A DNA stretch of 64,000 nucleotides from Candidatus Dormiibacterota bacterium. Lineage in GTDB: Bacteria; Chloroflexota; Dormibacteria; Aeolococcales; Aeolococcaceae. How positions within the stretch are numbered: the first letter of the stretch is position 1; each line of letters opens with the position of its first letter. The notes under the pieces were generated by a model, which did no database searches, was not told the DNA's origin, and saw nothing but the letters and a program-made list of their open reading frames with translations. The position numbers were made by a program, and so were the translations under genes. The DNA is taken from contig OY970355.1 in NCBI GenBank assembly GCA_963718525.1, positions 3,264,001 to 3,328,000 on the forward strand, read 5' to 3'. Of the stretch, positions 30,758 through 41,151 are shown one piece after another.

Positions 30758-33700
30758 TCAGCGCCTCGCGGCTGTGCGCTCGCGTTCCGGAGCGCGGACC
30801 CGGCGCATCTCGATGCGATACGCGTTGTCGCCCACCAGAACCTCCACGGCTCGCTCCAACGCCGGACACGGTTCCACGGCGAAGTCGACGGCGAGGGTGA
30901 TTTCGTCGACGCTCGTCCCCGAATCGACGTGGAGGATCACTGCGCAATCGCCCTGGTGCTCCTCGAGCGCGCGGCGGAGTGCCCCGAGCGTGCCGATCTG
31001 CGACGCGTTGACGCTGATGTGCACGGTGCTGTCCCGCCGCCACGTGGCAAGACGGGGATCGTCATAGGCATACACCGCCTCGGCGAGGATCTGCGGCGGT
31101 TCCAGGTCGACGCGGTCGTCGTCTTCTGTTCCGGGCGTGGAGGTTGCGCCGCTCGCCGTGCGGCCGGCCTCGACCTTGCCTCGCACCACGATGACCGCGT
31201 CCGGCCGCAACGCTGCCACGCACTCCTCGAACACTCGTGCGAACACCACGACCTCGACGCTGCCGGTCAGATCCTCGATCTGCAACGCGGCCATCCGCTG
31301 TCCGGTTGTGCTCCGGCGCGGCACGAAGGTGCGCATGTCGCGGATCGCCCCACCCACCTGCACGATGAGCCCGTCGAGATGCGCGCCGAGCTCGTTGATG
31401 GTGGTGTCGACGCGCTGCTGCAACTCGCCGGCAATCCTGCGCAGCGGGTGGTCGCTCAGGTACATGCCGAGGAACTCGCGCTCCCAGCTCAACCGTTCGT
31501 CCGCCGCTATCGCAAAGGGGCCGCCGACGTCGCGGCCATCGAGATCGTCCGCAGCCTGCGACACCGGCTCGATCAACACGATGGTCTCGCCGAACAGGGA
31601 CGTCTGACCCAACTCACGCTCCCGGCGGATCGTCGCAGCACGGTCGATGACCCGGTCGAGCACCGCCAGCATGGCGCCGCGCTCGCCGAGGGAATCGCAC
31701 GCACCGCTGCGGATCAGCGCCTCCACGACACGGCGGTTGAGGTCGCGGCTCGCCACGCGCAGGCAGAGGTCGAAGAGCGAGACGAACGGACCGGCGGCAT
31801 CCCGTTCAGCCACGATCTCGGCGGCGATGCGCTCGCCGACGTTCTTGATGTGCCGCAGCCCGTAGAGGATCTCGCCCTGCGCCTCATCGCCGAGGCTGAA
31901 CGCCGATGCGCTCCGGTTGACGTCGGGCGGACGGACGACGAGGTTGCGCGCGTGCGCGTCGAGGATCGACTGCTTCAGCTTGTCGAAGTTGTCCGCCCTG
32001 CTGTTGAGCAGTGCGCACATGTACTCGCGTGGGTAGTTCGCCTTCAGATACGCCGTCTGGTACGCGATCAGCCCGTACGAGATGCTGTGCGCGCCGTTGA
32101 ATCCGTAGCCCGCGAAGAGCGCGATGAGCTCGAACAGCTGCAGCGCCGTGTCCGCTGCAACGCCCCGTGCCGCGGCACCACTCAAGAACTGCTCGCGCTG
32201 CTTGGACATCTTCACCTTGTCCTTCTTGCCCATCGCGGCGCGCAGGATGTCGGCTTCTCCGAGGGTGAACCCGGCGACCGCCGAGGCGATCTTCATCACC
32301 TGATCCTGGTAGAGGATCGCCCCATACGTGTCCTTGAGGATCGGCTCGAGCTCGGGAAGCATGTACGTGACTGGCTCCTCGCCGCGCTTACGTCGCATCC
32401 ATGTCGCAGTGGCTCCACCTTCGATCGGACCCGGGCGGTTGAGGGCAACCGCGACGCCCATATCCTCGAGGCACTTCGGTTGCATGTCGAGGAGGATCCG
32501 CTTGGCGAATGTTGCCTCGAGCTGGAAGATGCCGTGGGTGTCGGCCTTGCCGAGCAGCTCGTACGTCTTGGCGTCGTCGAGCGGGATGTGGTCGATATCG
32601 AGCTCGATCCCACGCGTTGCGCGCACCGTCGCCGTGGCTTGCGCGATCACGGTGAGGTTGGACAGGCCGAGCAGATCGATCTTCAGGAGTCCGATCTTCG
32701 AGACGCCGTTCATGTCGAACTGAGTCACCGCGGTACCGTCGCCAAGCGTCGAGCGTTGCAGTGGAACGATGTTGGCCAGCGGCTCGGAGCCGATAACGAC
32801 TGCGGCCGCATGGGTCGAGGCGTTTCGGCAGATCCCCTCGAGCCGGCGGGCGATGTCGATGATGCGCTTCGCCCACTCCTCGTGCTCGTAGAGCTCATTC
32901 AGCTCGCGGCTTTCTTTCAGCGCTCGCTCGAGCGTGATGTTCACCACCTGCGGGACCAGCTTCGCCAGCCGGTCGACGTCCGGGAGCGGCACATTGAGCA
33001 CGCGTCCGACGTCGCGAATCGCCGCGCGCGCCGCCATGGTGCCGAAGGTGATTATCTGCGCGACGCGATCGCGCCCGTACTTTTCCTGTACGTACGCGAG
33101 GACTCGCTCTCGTCCCACATCATCGAAGTCGATGTCGATATCCGGCATCTGCACGCGTTCGCGGTTGAGAAAGCGCTCGAAGATGAGCCCATACTGGAGC
33201 GGTTCGATGTCGGTGATGTGGAGCACGTAGCTCACCACCGATCCCGCGGCGCTGCCACGACCCGGACCGACGCGCACACCGTCAGAGCGCGCCGCCTTGA
33301 TCAGATCCCAGACGATCAGGAAGTACGCCGAGAAGCCCGTCTCGCGGATGACGTCGAGCTCCATATGCAGGCGTTCGCGAACCTCGTCATTGACGGCGTT
33401 CCCGTAGCGCTCCTGCACGCCAATCTCGCAGAGCTGGAGCAGATACGTGTCGGCGTTCAGCCCATCCGGGATTGGCGAATACGTTGGGAGCAGGTTCTGC
33501 CCCAACGGGATCTCGACATGACAGCGAGCCGCGATGGCCACGGTGTTCGACACCGCCTCGCCATATGCAGCAAAGCGCTCGCGCATCTGCTGCGTGCTGG
33601 CGAGGTAGTACTCCGGGCCGGACAGACGGAACCGCTTCTCGTCCTCCAGCCGAGCGCCGGTCTGGAGGCACAGAAGAATGTCGTGCGCCTCGGCGTCCTC

Positions 33701-34372
33701 CGGCTTGATGTAGTGCGAGTCGTTGGTGGCGACGAGCGGCAACCCGGTGCGCCGGGCGATCTCCACGAGACCCGCGCGCACGACGTCCTCCTCCGGGATG
33801 CCGTGGTCCTGCAACTCGAGAAAGTAGTTGTCGGCACCAAAGATCTCGGCGTGCTGCCGTGCGATCGCCTCGGCAGCGTCCATGTCCCCGCGCACGATCG
33901 CCTGCGGCAGCTCACCACCGAGGCACGCGGAGAGGCAGATCAACCCCTCTGCATGCTCCGCGAGCAGCTCCCGGTCGATGCGCGGTCGGTAGTAGAACCC
34001 CTCGAGATGTGACGCACTGACGAGCTTGATGAGGTTCCGGTACCCGACGTCGTTGCGCGCAAGAAGGATCAGATGGTTCGGGTCGCGGTCCGCCCGACCC
34101 TCACGATCCGTCCGTGACCGCGGCGCCATGTACATCTCGCAGCCGATGATCGGGTTGATCTTCGCGGCGCGAGCAGCCGAGTAGAAATCCACCGCGCCGT
34201 AGAGCACCCCGTGGTCGGTGATGGCGATCGCCGTTTGCCCCATCGCCTTGGCGCTGTCCACGAGCTCCTTGACCCGTGAGGCACCGTCGAGCAGCGAGAA
34301 CTCGCTGTGCGTATGCAGGTGCGCAAAGCCTCCGGACTCGATCTCGTCGCCGGTCGCGGATGGCTGCTCCAC
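30758..34372 (-). CDS. dnaE: DNA polymerase III alpha subunit (DnaE1-type)
   Basis: PHP motifs HLHTHSEFSLLDG, TDHG, TNDSHY; GRGSAAGS; PDIDID; OB fold; AGGAGG RBS before GTG 34372. Confidence 0.97.
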   Translation of the reverse strand: MEQPSATGDEIESGGFAHLHTHSEFSLLDGASRVKELVDSAKAMGQTAIAITDHGVLYGAVDFYSAARAAKINPIIGCEMYMAPRSRTDREGRADRDPNHLILLARNDVGYRNLIKLVSASHLEGFYYRPRIDRELLAEHAEGLICLSACLGGELPQAIVRGDMDAAEAIARQHAEIFGADNYFLELQDHGIPEEDVVRAGLVEIARRTGLPLVATNDSHYIKPEDAEAHDILLCLQTGARLEDEKRFRLSGPEYYLASTQQMRERFAAYGEAVSNTVAIAARCHVEIPLGQNLLPTYSPIPDGLNADTYLLQLCEIGVQERYGNAVNDEVRERLHMELDVIRETGFSAYFLIVWDLIKAARSDGVRVGPGRGSAAGSVVSYVLHITDIEPLQYGLIFERFLNRERVQMPDIDIDFDDVGRERVLAYVQEKYGRDRVAQIITFGTMAARAAIRDVGRVLNVPLPDVDRLAKLVPQVVNITLERALKESRELNELYEHEEWAKRIIDIARRLEGICRNASTHAAAVVIGSEPLANIVPLQRSTLGDGTAVTQFDMNGVSKIGLLKIDLLGLSNLTVIAQATATVRATRGIELDIDHIPLDDAKTYELLGKADTHGIFQLEATFAKRILLDMQPKCLEDMGVAVALNRPGPIEGGATATWMRRKRGEEPVTYMLPELEPILKDTYGAILYQDQVMKIASAVAGFTLGEADILRAAMGKKDKVKMSKQREQFLSGAAARGVAADTALQLFELIALFAGYGFNGAHSISYGLIAYQTAYLKANYPREYMCALLNSRADNFDKLKQSILDAHARNLVVRPPDVNRSASAFSLGDEAQGEILYGLRHIKNVGERIAAEIVAERDAAGPFVSLFDLCLRVASRDLNRRVVEALIRSGACDSLGERGAMLAVLDRVIDRAATIRRERELGQTSLFGETIVLIEPVSQAADDLDGRDVGGPFAIAADERLSWEREFLGMYLSDHPLRRIAGELQQRVDTTINELGAHLDGLIVQVGGAIRDMRTFVPRRSTTGQRMAALQIEDLTGSVEVVVFARVFEECVAALRPDAVIVVRGKVEAGRTASGATSTPGTEDDDRVDLEPPQILAEAVYAYDDPRLATWRRDSTVHISVNASQIGTLGALRRALEEHQGDCAVILHVDSGTSVDEITLAVDFAVEPCPALERAVEVLVGDNAYRIEMRRVRAPERERTAARR

Positions 34373-34399
34373 ACTGCCTCCTGGGGCTGTCGATGACAA

Positions 34400-34413
34400 C
34401 GAACAGACGTACG
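34400..34413. promoter_or_regulatory. Putative LexA (SOS) box upstream of dnaE
   Basis: CGAAC-AGAC-GTACG overlapping a minus-strand -10-like TAGCGT (34416-34411). Confidence 0.65.
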
Positions 34414-34459
34414 CTACCACTCCACAGCGACGCGCCGCCGGGGCCTCTGAGGGTACCCC

Positions 34460-35737
34460 TCAGCGGGGGCCGGCGGGCTCCGCGACGGCGTCCGCCGGAG
34501 GTGCGCCGGTGCGGGTGAGCTTCACGACGGTCTCGACGTGATAGGTCTGCGGAAACATGTCGACGATGTCGAGTGAGTCGACGCGATACGGTCCCGACGC
34601 CACGAGCGTGTGCAGGTCGCGGGCGAGCGTCGCCGGATCGCACGAGACGTACACGACCCGGTCCGGACCGGCGAGCGCGAGCCATCCGTTGACGCGTCCC
34701 GAGCAACCCGCGCGCGGCGGGTCGAGGATGACGATGTCGGCCATCTCCGCCGCGCCCACATTGGGCAACGCGTCCTCGACGGGCGAGAGCACGAAATGCA
34801 TTCGGTCGGCGACGTCGTTCACCCGCGAGTTGAGCACACCGAGCTGCGCCGCGCCGCGGTTGCTCTCGATGCATACGACCTCGCGCGCATCCGCGGCGAG
34901 GTGGCACGCGAGCACACCGATGCCCGCGTATGCGTCGACCACGCGGAGGCCGGCGTAGTCGCCTAGCGCGTCGATGGCGCACTGGTAGAGCACGTCCATC
35001 TGTGCCCAGTTCACCTGGATGAACGCATCGGGCGTGACCCGAAAGGACATCCCACGCCAGCGCAGCGTCGTCGACGTCGTGCTGACACGTCCGCCGTCGG
35101 GCAGATCGAGGCCCCCATCCAGGGCACCACTCGCCAGTCCCTTGGCCGGCTTGGCGTGGATGAGCAATTCCCGGCCCTCCTCGCCGACGGTCAGGTGGAG
35201 CGTGCCAAGCGCGTTGGTGGCGCTGGAGTTCAGGAGCTTCCGCAGCGCGGGCAGCGCTGTGGTGATGCGCGGGTGATGTATCAGGCAGTCGTCCACAGCG
35301 ATCGGGCGCCAGCTGCGTGCGCGGTTGAATCCGAGCGCGGGTGGCGTGGTCGCGGTTCCGGGGATGACGTGAAATTCGCCGCGCAGCCGGTAGCGCCAGG
35401 GGTCGTCGACCGCGTGCATCTTCGGCGCGGGATGCTCGATGTGCTGCCGGTGCAGCGCGTCGAGCACAATGTCCCGCTTCAGCTCGACCTGGTGCCCGTA
35501 GGCAACGTGCTGCAGCTGACAGCCGCCGCATCTGGGCACGTACGGGCAGGGAGGGGTGACCCGGTGTGGCGACGGCTCGAGCACCCGCACCACCTCGGCA
35601 AAGGACGTCGCGCCCTTCTTGTATCGAACAGCGATCTCCACGTCCTCGCCGGGGATGCCGCCTTCGACGAGCAGGGTCGCGCCCTGCTCATCGTGGGCAA
35701 GGCACAGACCACCATGGACCATGCGTCCGAGACGCAC
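34460..35737 (-). CDS. RlmD/TrmA family uracil-5 RNA methyltransferase
   Basis: TRAM N-terminus; 4Fe-4S motif CPYVPRCGGC; FIQVN, LDPPR, YVSCDP and DMFPQT motifs. Confidence 0.92.
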   Translation of the reverse strand: MRLGRMVHGGLCLAHDEQGATLLVEGGIPGEDVEIAVRYKKGATSFAEVVRVLEPSPHRVTPPCPYVPRCGGCQLQHVAYGHQVELKRDIVLDALHRQHIEHPAPKMHAVDDPWRYRLRGEFHVIPGTATTPPALGFNRARSWRPIAVDDCLIHHPRITTALPALRKLLNSSATNALGTLHLTVGEEGRELLIHAKPAKGLASGALDGGLDLPDGGRVSTTSTTLRWRGMSFRVTPDAFIQVNWAQMDVLYQCAIDALGDYAGLRVVDAYAGIGVLACHLAADAREVVCIESNRGAAQLGVLNSRVNDVADRMHFVLSPVEDALPNVGAAEMADIVILDPPRAGCSGRVNGWLALAGPDRVVYVSCDPATLARDLHTLVASGPYRVDSLDIVDMFPQTYHVETVVKLTRTGAPPADAVAEPAGPR

Positions 35738-35742
35738 GAGGA

Positions 35743-37227
35743 CTACTGCTCCGACAGCCGGTCGCGCAGGAGGCGGTTCACCAGGGGCATGTCCGCCTTG
35801 CCTCCGGTTGCATCCTTCACCGAACGCATCAGCTGCCCGAGGGCCTGCTGCTTGCCGGCGCGGAAGTCCGCGGCGGCGGCGGGGTTGGCGGCGATCGCGG
35901 CGTCGACCAGCGCGCTGAGCTCGGTGGTGTCACTGACCTGCGCGAGACCGCGATCCCGGACCAGGGCCTCAGGATTGCCACCGCCGACGTACAGCTCGGC
36001 AAGCAGCTCCTTCGCGGTGGGGCCGTTGATGGTGCCGGCCTCGACCAGGCGCAGGAGGCTCGCCAGGCCGTCGACGCCGAGACCGCTGCGTTGCAGCGGC
36101 ATGCGGTGCTCGTTCGCCAGCGCGGCCACGTCGCCGCTTTGCCAGTTGGCGGCAAGTTTGGCAGGAACACCGGCGACGACCAACGCCTCCAGGGTGTCGG
36201 CATCCTCGCGCGTGTCGGTGAGCACGGCGGCGTCGTAGGCGTTCAACCCGTACTGCTGCTCGAAGCGTCTTGCCCGCGCCTCGGGCAGCTCCGGCAGCGC
36301 CGCACGCACGCGCTCGACGTACGCGGTGTCCAGGCGCAGCGGCGGCAGATCCGGTTCCGGGAAATACCGGTAGTCGTGAGCCTGCTCCTTGCTCCGCTGT
36401 GAGATCGTGCGGCCCTGCGTCTCGACCCAGCCGCGGGTCTCCTGGACGAGCGTGCCTCCGGTGTCGAGCACGCCGGTCTGGCGCTCGATCTCCAACTCGA
36501 GCGCGCGTTGCACGGCCCGGAAGGAATTCATGTTCTTCACCTCCACCTTGACGCCGAGCTCCTCGGCGCCTCGAGGACGGAGCGAGATGTTGGCGTCGCA
36601 GCGGAACGACCCCTGCTCGAGGTTGCCGTCGTTCACGCCGATGTACATCAGGATCTGGCGAAGCCGTACGAGATATTCACGCGCGGCTTCCGGCGTCCGC
36701 AGATCGGGCTCGCCGACGATCTCCATGAGCGGTACCCCGCACCGGTTGAGGTCGATCAGCGACGACGTCGAGCTCTGGAGCACGTCGCCCGCGTGATGCA
36801 TCGTGCCGGTGTCCTCCTCGAGGTGAACGCGGGTGATGCCGCACCGGACCGTTTCGCCACCAACCGGGAACTCGAGGTGTCCATGCACCGACAGCGGCAG
36901 GTCGTACTGTGAGATCTGGTACCCCTTCGGGAGGTCCGGATAGAAGTAGTTCTTGCGGTCGAACTTCGTGAATGCGGGGATGTCGCACTGCAGCGCAAGA
37001 GCGGTTCGAACCGTGAACTCGACCGCCTGCTGGTTGATGGTGGGGAGGACTCCCGGCATGCCCAGACAGACCGGGCACGTGTTCTCGTTGGGGGCGGCGC
37101 TGATGTAGTCCGCGGGGCACGGGCAGAACATCTTGCTGCGGGTGAGCAGCTGCGCGTGCACCTCGAGCCCGATCACCACCTCGTAGCGGTCGAGCGAGGC
37201 AGCGGTGAGTGTTGCTGTCTCGGTCAT
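35743..37227 (-). CDS. gatB: Asp/Glu-tRNA amidotransferase subunit B
   Basis: VIGLEVHAQL, YFYPDLPKGYQISQ and DYRYFPEPDL motifs. Confidence 0.97.
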   Translation of the reverse strand: MTETATLTAASLDRYEVVIGLEVHAQLLTRSKMFCPCPADYISAAPNENTCPVCLGMPGVLPTINQQAVEFTVRTALALQCDIPAFTKFDRKNYFYPDLPKGYQISQYDLPLSVHGHLEFPVGGETVRCGITRVHLEEDTGTMHHAGDVLQSSTSSLIDLNRCGVPLMEIVGEPDLRTPEAAREYLVRLRQILMYIGVNDGNLEQGSFRCDANISLRPRGAEELGVKVEVKNMNSFRAVQRALELEIERQTGVLDTGGTLVQETRGWVETQGRTISQRSKEQAHDYRYFPEPDLPPLRLDTAYVERVRAALPELPEARARRFEQQYGLNAYDAAVLTDTREDADTLEALVVAGVPAKLAANWQSGDVAALANEHRMPLQRSGLGVDGLASLLRLVEAGTINGPTAKELLAELYVGGGNPEALVRDRGLAQVSDTTELSALVDAAIAANPAAAADFRAGKQQALGQLMRSVKDATGGKADMPLVNRLLRDRLSEQ

Positions 37228-38687
37228 ACGGCCTCGCGCGCATACGGGGACAGCGCCGCGTGGAACTCGGTGGCCTGCTCGTACGCGTGCGCAACTCGGA
37301 ACACACGCGAATCCTCGAACCGGGGTGCGATCACCTGAAGGCCGACCGGCAGGCCTTCGACAAACCCGCACGGCACGGAGATTCCCGGTACCCCAGCGAG
37401 GTTTGCCGGCAGGGTCACGACATCGCACATGTACATGGACAGCGGGTCGTCGTGCGATCCCATCGGGAAGGCAACGGTGGGCGAGGTGGGACACACGATC
37501 GCGTCGACCTCCTGGAACACCGCTTCGAACTCCTGGCTCACCAGGGTCCGCACCTTCTGCGCCTGGCGGTAGTACGCGTCGTAATAGCCGCTCGACAGCG
37601 CGTAGGTGCCGAGCATGATCCGTCGCTTGACCTCGGGCCCGAAACCGGATTCGCGCGTCTGCATGTACATCTCGGTAACCGTCGGTCGTTCCACGCGGTT
37701 GCCGAAGCGCACGCCGTCGTAGCGCGCAAGGTTCGACGAGCACTCTGCCGGGGCGATGATGTAGTAGACGCTCAGTGCGACGTCGGTGCTCGGCAGCGAG
37801 ACCTCGCGGAGCGTCGCACCCTGAGCCTCCAGGACGCGAAATGCCGTCTCCACCGCGGCGCGGACACCGGGCTCGAGGCCCGCCGCGAGATATTCGCGGG
37901 GAATGCCGAGCCGCATTCCCGAGACCCCGGCGTGCAGCGACGCGAGTGGATCGTCGACCGCGCGCGGGTCCGACGTGCTGTCGCGCGGATCGTGACCGGC
38001 GATCGCCGAATAGACGAGCGCGCAGTCCTCGACTGTGCGCGTGAAGGGGCCGATCTGGTCGAGCGACGAGGCAAATGCGATGAGTCCGTACCGCGAAACA
38101 CGTCCATACGTCGGTTTGAACCCGACGACGCCGCACAATGCGGCTGGCTGACGAATCGAGCCGCCGGTATCGGTGCCCAGCGAGTACGGAACTGCACCAG
38201 CGGCGACCGTCGCGGCGCTGCCACCGCTGCTGCCGCCAGGAACCCGCTCGATGTCCCACGGGTTGCCGACCGCTCCATACGCCGAGTTCTCTGTCGATGA
38301 GCCCATGGCGAACTCGTCGCAGTTGGTCTTGCCGATGCAAACCGCGCCGGCGTCGAACAGCCGCTGAACAGCAGTCCCCGTGTACGGGGGCCTGAACCCG
38401 CGCAGCAGCTTCGACCCCGCCGTGGTCTCGATCCCGTCGACGCAGAGCACATCCTTGAGCGCCATCGGGATCCCGCACAACGGCGATGCCGTGTCGGGAT
38501 GTTCCTCGAGCTCGCGAGTTGCGGCGTCGGCCTGTGCCTCAGCAAGCTCAGCGGTGATCGCGAGATATGCGTTCAGATCCTTCTGGCTGCGCTCAACGTG
38601 CGCGAGCGCATCCGCGAGCAGTGCTCGTGGCGACGTGCTCCCGCCACGCAACGCCGCAGCGAGTTCGGTGATGCTTCTACGCGTCAA
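37224..38687 (-). CDS. gatA: Asp/Glu-tRNA amidotransferase subunit A
   Basis: Amidase signature GGSSGGS, DTGGSIRQP and SSNLARYDG. Confidence 0.97.
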   Translation of the reverse strand: MTRRSITELAAALRGGSTSPRALLADALAHVERSQKDLNAYLAITAELAEAQADAATRELEEHPDTASPLCGIPMALKDVLCVDGIETTAGSKLLRGFRPPYTGTAVQRLFDAGAVCIGKTNCDEFAMGSSTENSAYGAVGNPWDIERVPGGSSGGSAATVAAGAVPYSLGTDTGGSIRQPAALCGVVGFKPTYGRVSRYGLIAFASSLDQIGPFTRTVEDCALVYSAIAGHDPRDSTSDPRAVDDPLASLHAGVSGMRLGIPREYLAAGLEPGVRAAVETAFRVLEAQGATLREVSLPSTDVALSVYYIIAPAECSSNLARYDGVRFGNRVERPTVTEMYMQTRESGFGPEVKRRIMLGTYALSSGYYDAYYRQAQKVRTLVSQEFEAVFQEVDAIVCPTSPTVAFPMGSHDDPLSMYMCDVVTLPANLAGVPGISVPCGFVEGLPVGLQVIAPRFEDSRVFRVAHAYEQATEFHAALSPYAREAV

Positions 38688-38979
38688 GTTCGGTGCCCTG
38701 GATCGCTCCGACCACGAAATAGCTGCCGTCGGTGGCCGGCGCATTGCGCAGCGCCGCTGCGGCACCGATCGGTTCCTCAGGCTCGTCGGCACGCATCACG
38801 TTGACGAGGTCACCGACCTGCGCAGTCTCGGCCAGCGCGGAGGTGTCCACGTTCTGGAGCCGTTCGATGTGGTCGAGAATCGCCTCCAGCTCGCCCAGAA
38901 GACGGTCTTTCTCCGCATCGGTCAGGCCCAGCCGCGCAAGGGTGGCGACGTGATCGACGTCGCCGCGAGAAAGTGTCAT
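38677..38979 (-). CDS. gatC: Asp/Glu-tRNA amidotransferase subunit C
   Basis: VDHVATLARL, MRAD and NAP motifs; operon position. Confidence 0.95.
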   Translation of the reverse strand: MTLSRGDVDHVATLARLGLTDAEKDRLLGELEAILDHIERLQNVDTSALAETAQVGDLVNVMRADEPEEPIGAAAALRNAPATDGSYFVVGAIQGTELDA

Positions 38980-39007
38980 GGAGCGGCTATTATCCCGGCC
39001 TGTCGAG

Positions 39008-39484
39008 CTATTCGAGCGGGAGCCAGGTCAGCACGGTCTGCTTGGTTGGTGCAAATCCGGCAGCCACGTATGCGGCCAGGGCGGCGTCGTTGTCACCGCG
39101 AGTCCACACGCATGCGAACGTCACGTCGCGACTGCGGATGAGCCGCATCGCCTCGGCCATGAGGCGGTGACCGATCCCCTGTCCTCGCCCACGGGGCCGG
39201 ACATAGAGCTCGGCGATCTCCGCCTCGAGACCGGTGCCAGGATCGAACAGCACGACCCAGCAGAGCCCCTGCGCCTCCCCGTCCGGGGTGCGCGCCACGA
39301 GGATGTGGTTCTCACCGCTGAACGTAGGCGACGTCCTGAGCCGCGCGTTCAGCTGCTCGGACGTCTCCTCAGGGTGGTCGAAGTGCTCCTGCTCGGCAAG
39401 GGCCAGGTCGACGAGCATCGCCCTGACCTCGGCGTCCTCGTGATCCTCCAGGGTTTCGATGCGGACGCCGTCGTCTTCGCCCAT
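39008..39484 (-). CDS. GNAT family N-acetyltransferase
   Basis: LYVRPRGRGQGIG and N..A..Y...GF motifs. Confidence 0.88.
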   Translation of the reverse strand: MGEDDGVRIETLEDHEDAEVRAMLVDLALAEQEHFDHPEETSEQLNARLRTSPTFSGENHILVARTPDGEAQGLCWVVLFDPGTGLEAEIAELYVRPRGRGQGIGHRLMAEAMRLIRSRDVTFACVWTRGDNDAALAAYVAAGFAPTKQTVLTWLPLE

Positions 39485-39503
39485 GGCCCGCCATTGTGGC
39501 TGC

Positions 39504-41084
39504 TCAGGGCGCAACACCCTCGCTGCTGGTGGCTGTCCCGGAGATCGCACCGCTGCTGCCGGCGCTCCCGCCGGCGCTGCTCCCGCTCCCATTACAGACA
39601 TCGGCCGGCGTTGGAACCGGCGTGCCGGCCTTCTGCGCGGGCAGCGCCGAAAAGCATGGCGACGACGGAGGCACGCTCACCGGGGTCGGAACGGGAATCG
39701 TGACGCTGGGGCCGGCACTCCCACCGCGCTGCGTCCAGTCGGAGCCGTCCCACGTCCACGTCTGGTCATACAGGCCGGTCGTGCGGGAGGTGCTGCCCAG
39801 GCCACCGAAAAGGACCACCTGACCGGTGGCACGGTCAAACACCGCGGCTGCCCCGCTCACGATCGGTGGCGTCGAGCCCGGATGCACGCGAGTCCAGACG
39901 CCGGTCCAGAGCCAGGTCTGCCCGTCGCTGCTCAGGGCGATATCGCTGTGGGCTGCGGGGTCGCCGACGACTGCGACGCCCGGCAGGGAGGGTCCGGACG
40001 TGTAGGTGATCACCTGCTTCCACGACGTGCCGTTCCAGAGGCTCTCCGTCCCGGTGCGAGCCGCGGACGGCTGCAACGCATTGGCACCCACGCAGAGCTT
40101 GCAAGGAAAGGGAATCGGCGCCGGCAGCGCGACGTTGCCGCCGAACGTCGCCAGCTTGCCGCTGACCGCGTCGCTGACCACCGATGAGCCGAAGAAGTCG
40201 AAGGAGGACACGCGCACGTTCGACGACATGACCTTCCACGCGTTCCCGTTCCAGGTCCATGCAGGCGCGGTGGCGATCGGCCAGGGACACAGCGGTTGCA
40301 CGTCAAGGGGTGCGGGGCTCTGCACCGGGCAGGCGATCGCGGGCTGCGCCACACCCAGCGCGGGGATGGCGAACGGTCCAGTGGGGACGAGCACGACCCG
40401 GCCGGACGCGGGGTCGGTTGCGAGCCGGCCGCTCCCGAAGGCGCTGAACGGAGTCGACCCCGCTGCTTTCGACCAGTCGCGTCCGTTCCACAGCCATGTC
40501 ACCGCGTTGGGCGACAGGCTGACGGCGCATGGGGGCTGCGCCACCGCGGTGGCACCTTTGGTGCTCGCGGAGGGGCTCGGCAGCGGCGCAATCGCGGGAA
40601 TCGGATTCGCAGGTGGGATGAAGGTCGTGCCGGATCCCGTGGAACCCGAGGCCGTGGAACCCGAAGACGCGGACCCGGAGCCTCCGGAGCAGACGACCGG
40701 GCCCTGGTTCGAACCCGCGAACTGCTGGCCACCGACGAGGACGACGTCGTGGCTGACCGGGTCATAGGCCATCTGAGGGTTGTTCAGCCTGGGCGGCGAC
40801 GTCATGGGGTGCGCCCGGGACCACCCTGTTCCGCCCCAGATCCAGGTGTCGTTGAGGGTGCGGGACCTGTCCTGACCGCCGTACAGGACCACGGTTCCAT
40901 CTGCGGCGTCATAGGCCATCGCCGCCCCGGTGCGCGCGGGTGGCTGTCCGGCCGCCGGCGCCGATCCCGCTCCCTGGACCGCGCGGATCCCGAAGAAGGC
41001 GCCGAGCCCTGCCCCCGCCACGGCGACAACGGCGATTCCCGTGATCGGCCGCGACCAACGCGAGCCGGGGACGTCAGTGCTCAT
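39504..41084 (-). CDS. Membrane-anchored kelch-like beta-propeller protein
   Basis: N-terminal TM; repeats AYD....VVL[YF]GG....[DQ]TWxWxG..W; Ser/Gly/Pro-rich linkers. Confidence 0.75.
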   Translation of the reverse strand: MSTDVPGSRWSRPITGIAVVAVAGAGLGAFFGIRAVQGAGSAPAAGQPPARTGAAMAYDAADGTVVLYGGQDRSRTLNDTWIWGGTGWSRAHPMTSPPRLNNPQMAYDPVSHDVVLVGGQQFAGSNQGPVVCSGGSGSASSGSTASGSTGSGTTFIPPANPIPAIAPLPSPSASTKGATAVAQPPCAVSLSPNAVTWLWNGRDWSKAAGSTPFSAFGSGRLATDPASGRVVLVPTGPFAIPALGVAQPAIACPVQSPAPLDVQPLCPWPIATAPAWTWNGNAWKVMSSNVRVSSFDFFGSSVVSDAVSGKLATFGGNVALPAPIPFPCKLCVGANALQPSAARTGTESLWNGTSWKQVITYTSGPSLPGVAVVGDPAAHSDIALSSDGQTWLWTGVWTRVHPGSTPPIVSGAAAVFDRATGQVVLFGGLGSTSRTTGLYDQTWTWDGSDWTQRGGSAGPSVTIPVPTPVSVPPSSPCFSALPAQKAGTPVPTPADVCNGSGSSAGGSAGSSGAISGTATSSEGVAP

Positions 41085-41151
41085 GAACTTGAGACGCCTG
41101 TGCTGCCCGGAAGGTTCCCGAACGCGGCTCCTCCTTAGACTTGAATATGAG

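Noticed and set aside
30755-34012. 1085-aa plus-strand ORF, and similar long antisense ORFs at 8012..9925, 18156..19721, 45678..47795 and 60452..62812
   Set aside because: They are antisense shadows of well-supported genes, expected from high-GC codon bias, and carry no recognisable motifs
35743-38478. 911-aa ORF suggesting an extended or fused GatB
   Set aside because: The extension is an alternative frame over gatA; GatB starts at ATG 37227
40630-40690. Short repeats GTGGAACCCGA within the kelch-like gene
   Set aside because: They encode a Ser/Gly/Thr low-complexity linker and have no repeat-spacer structure, so this is not CRISPR
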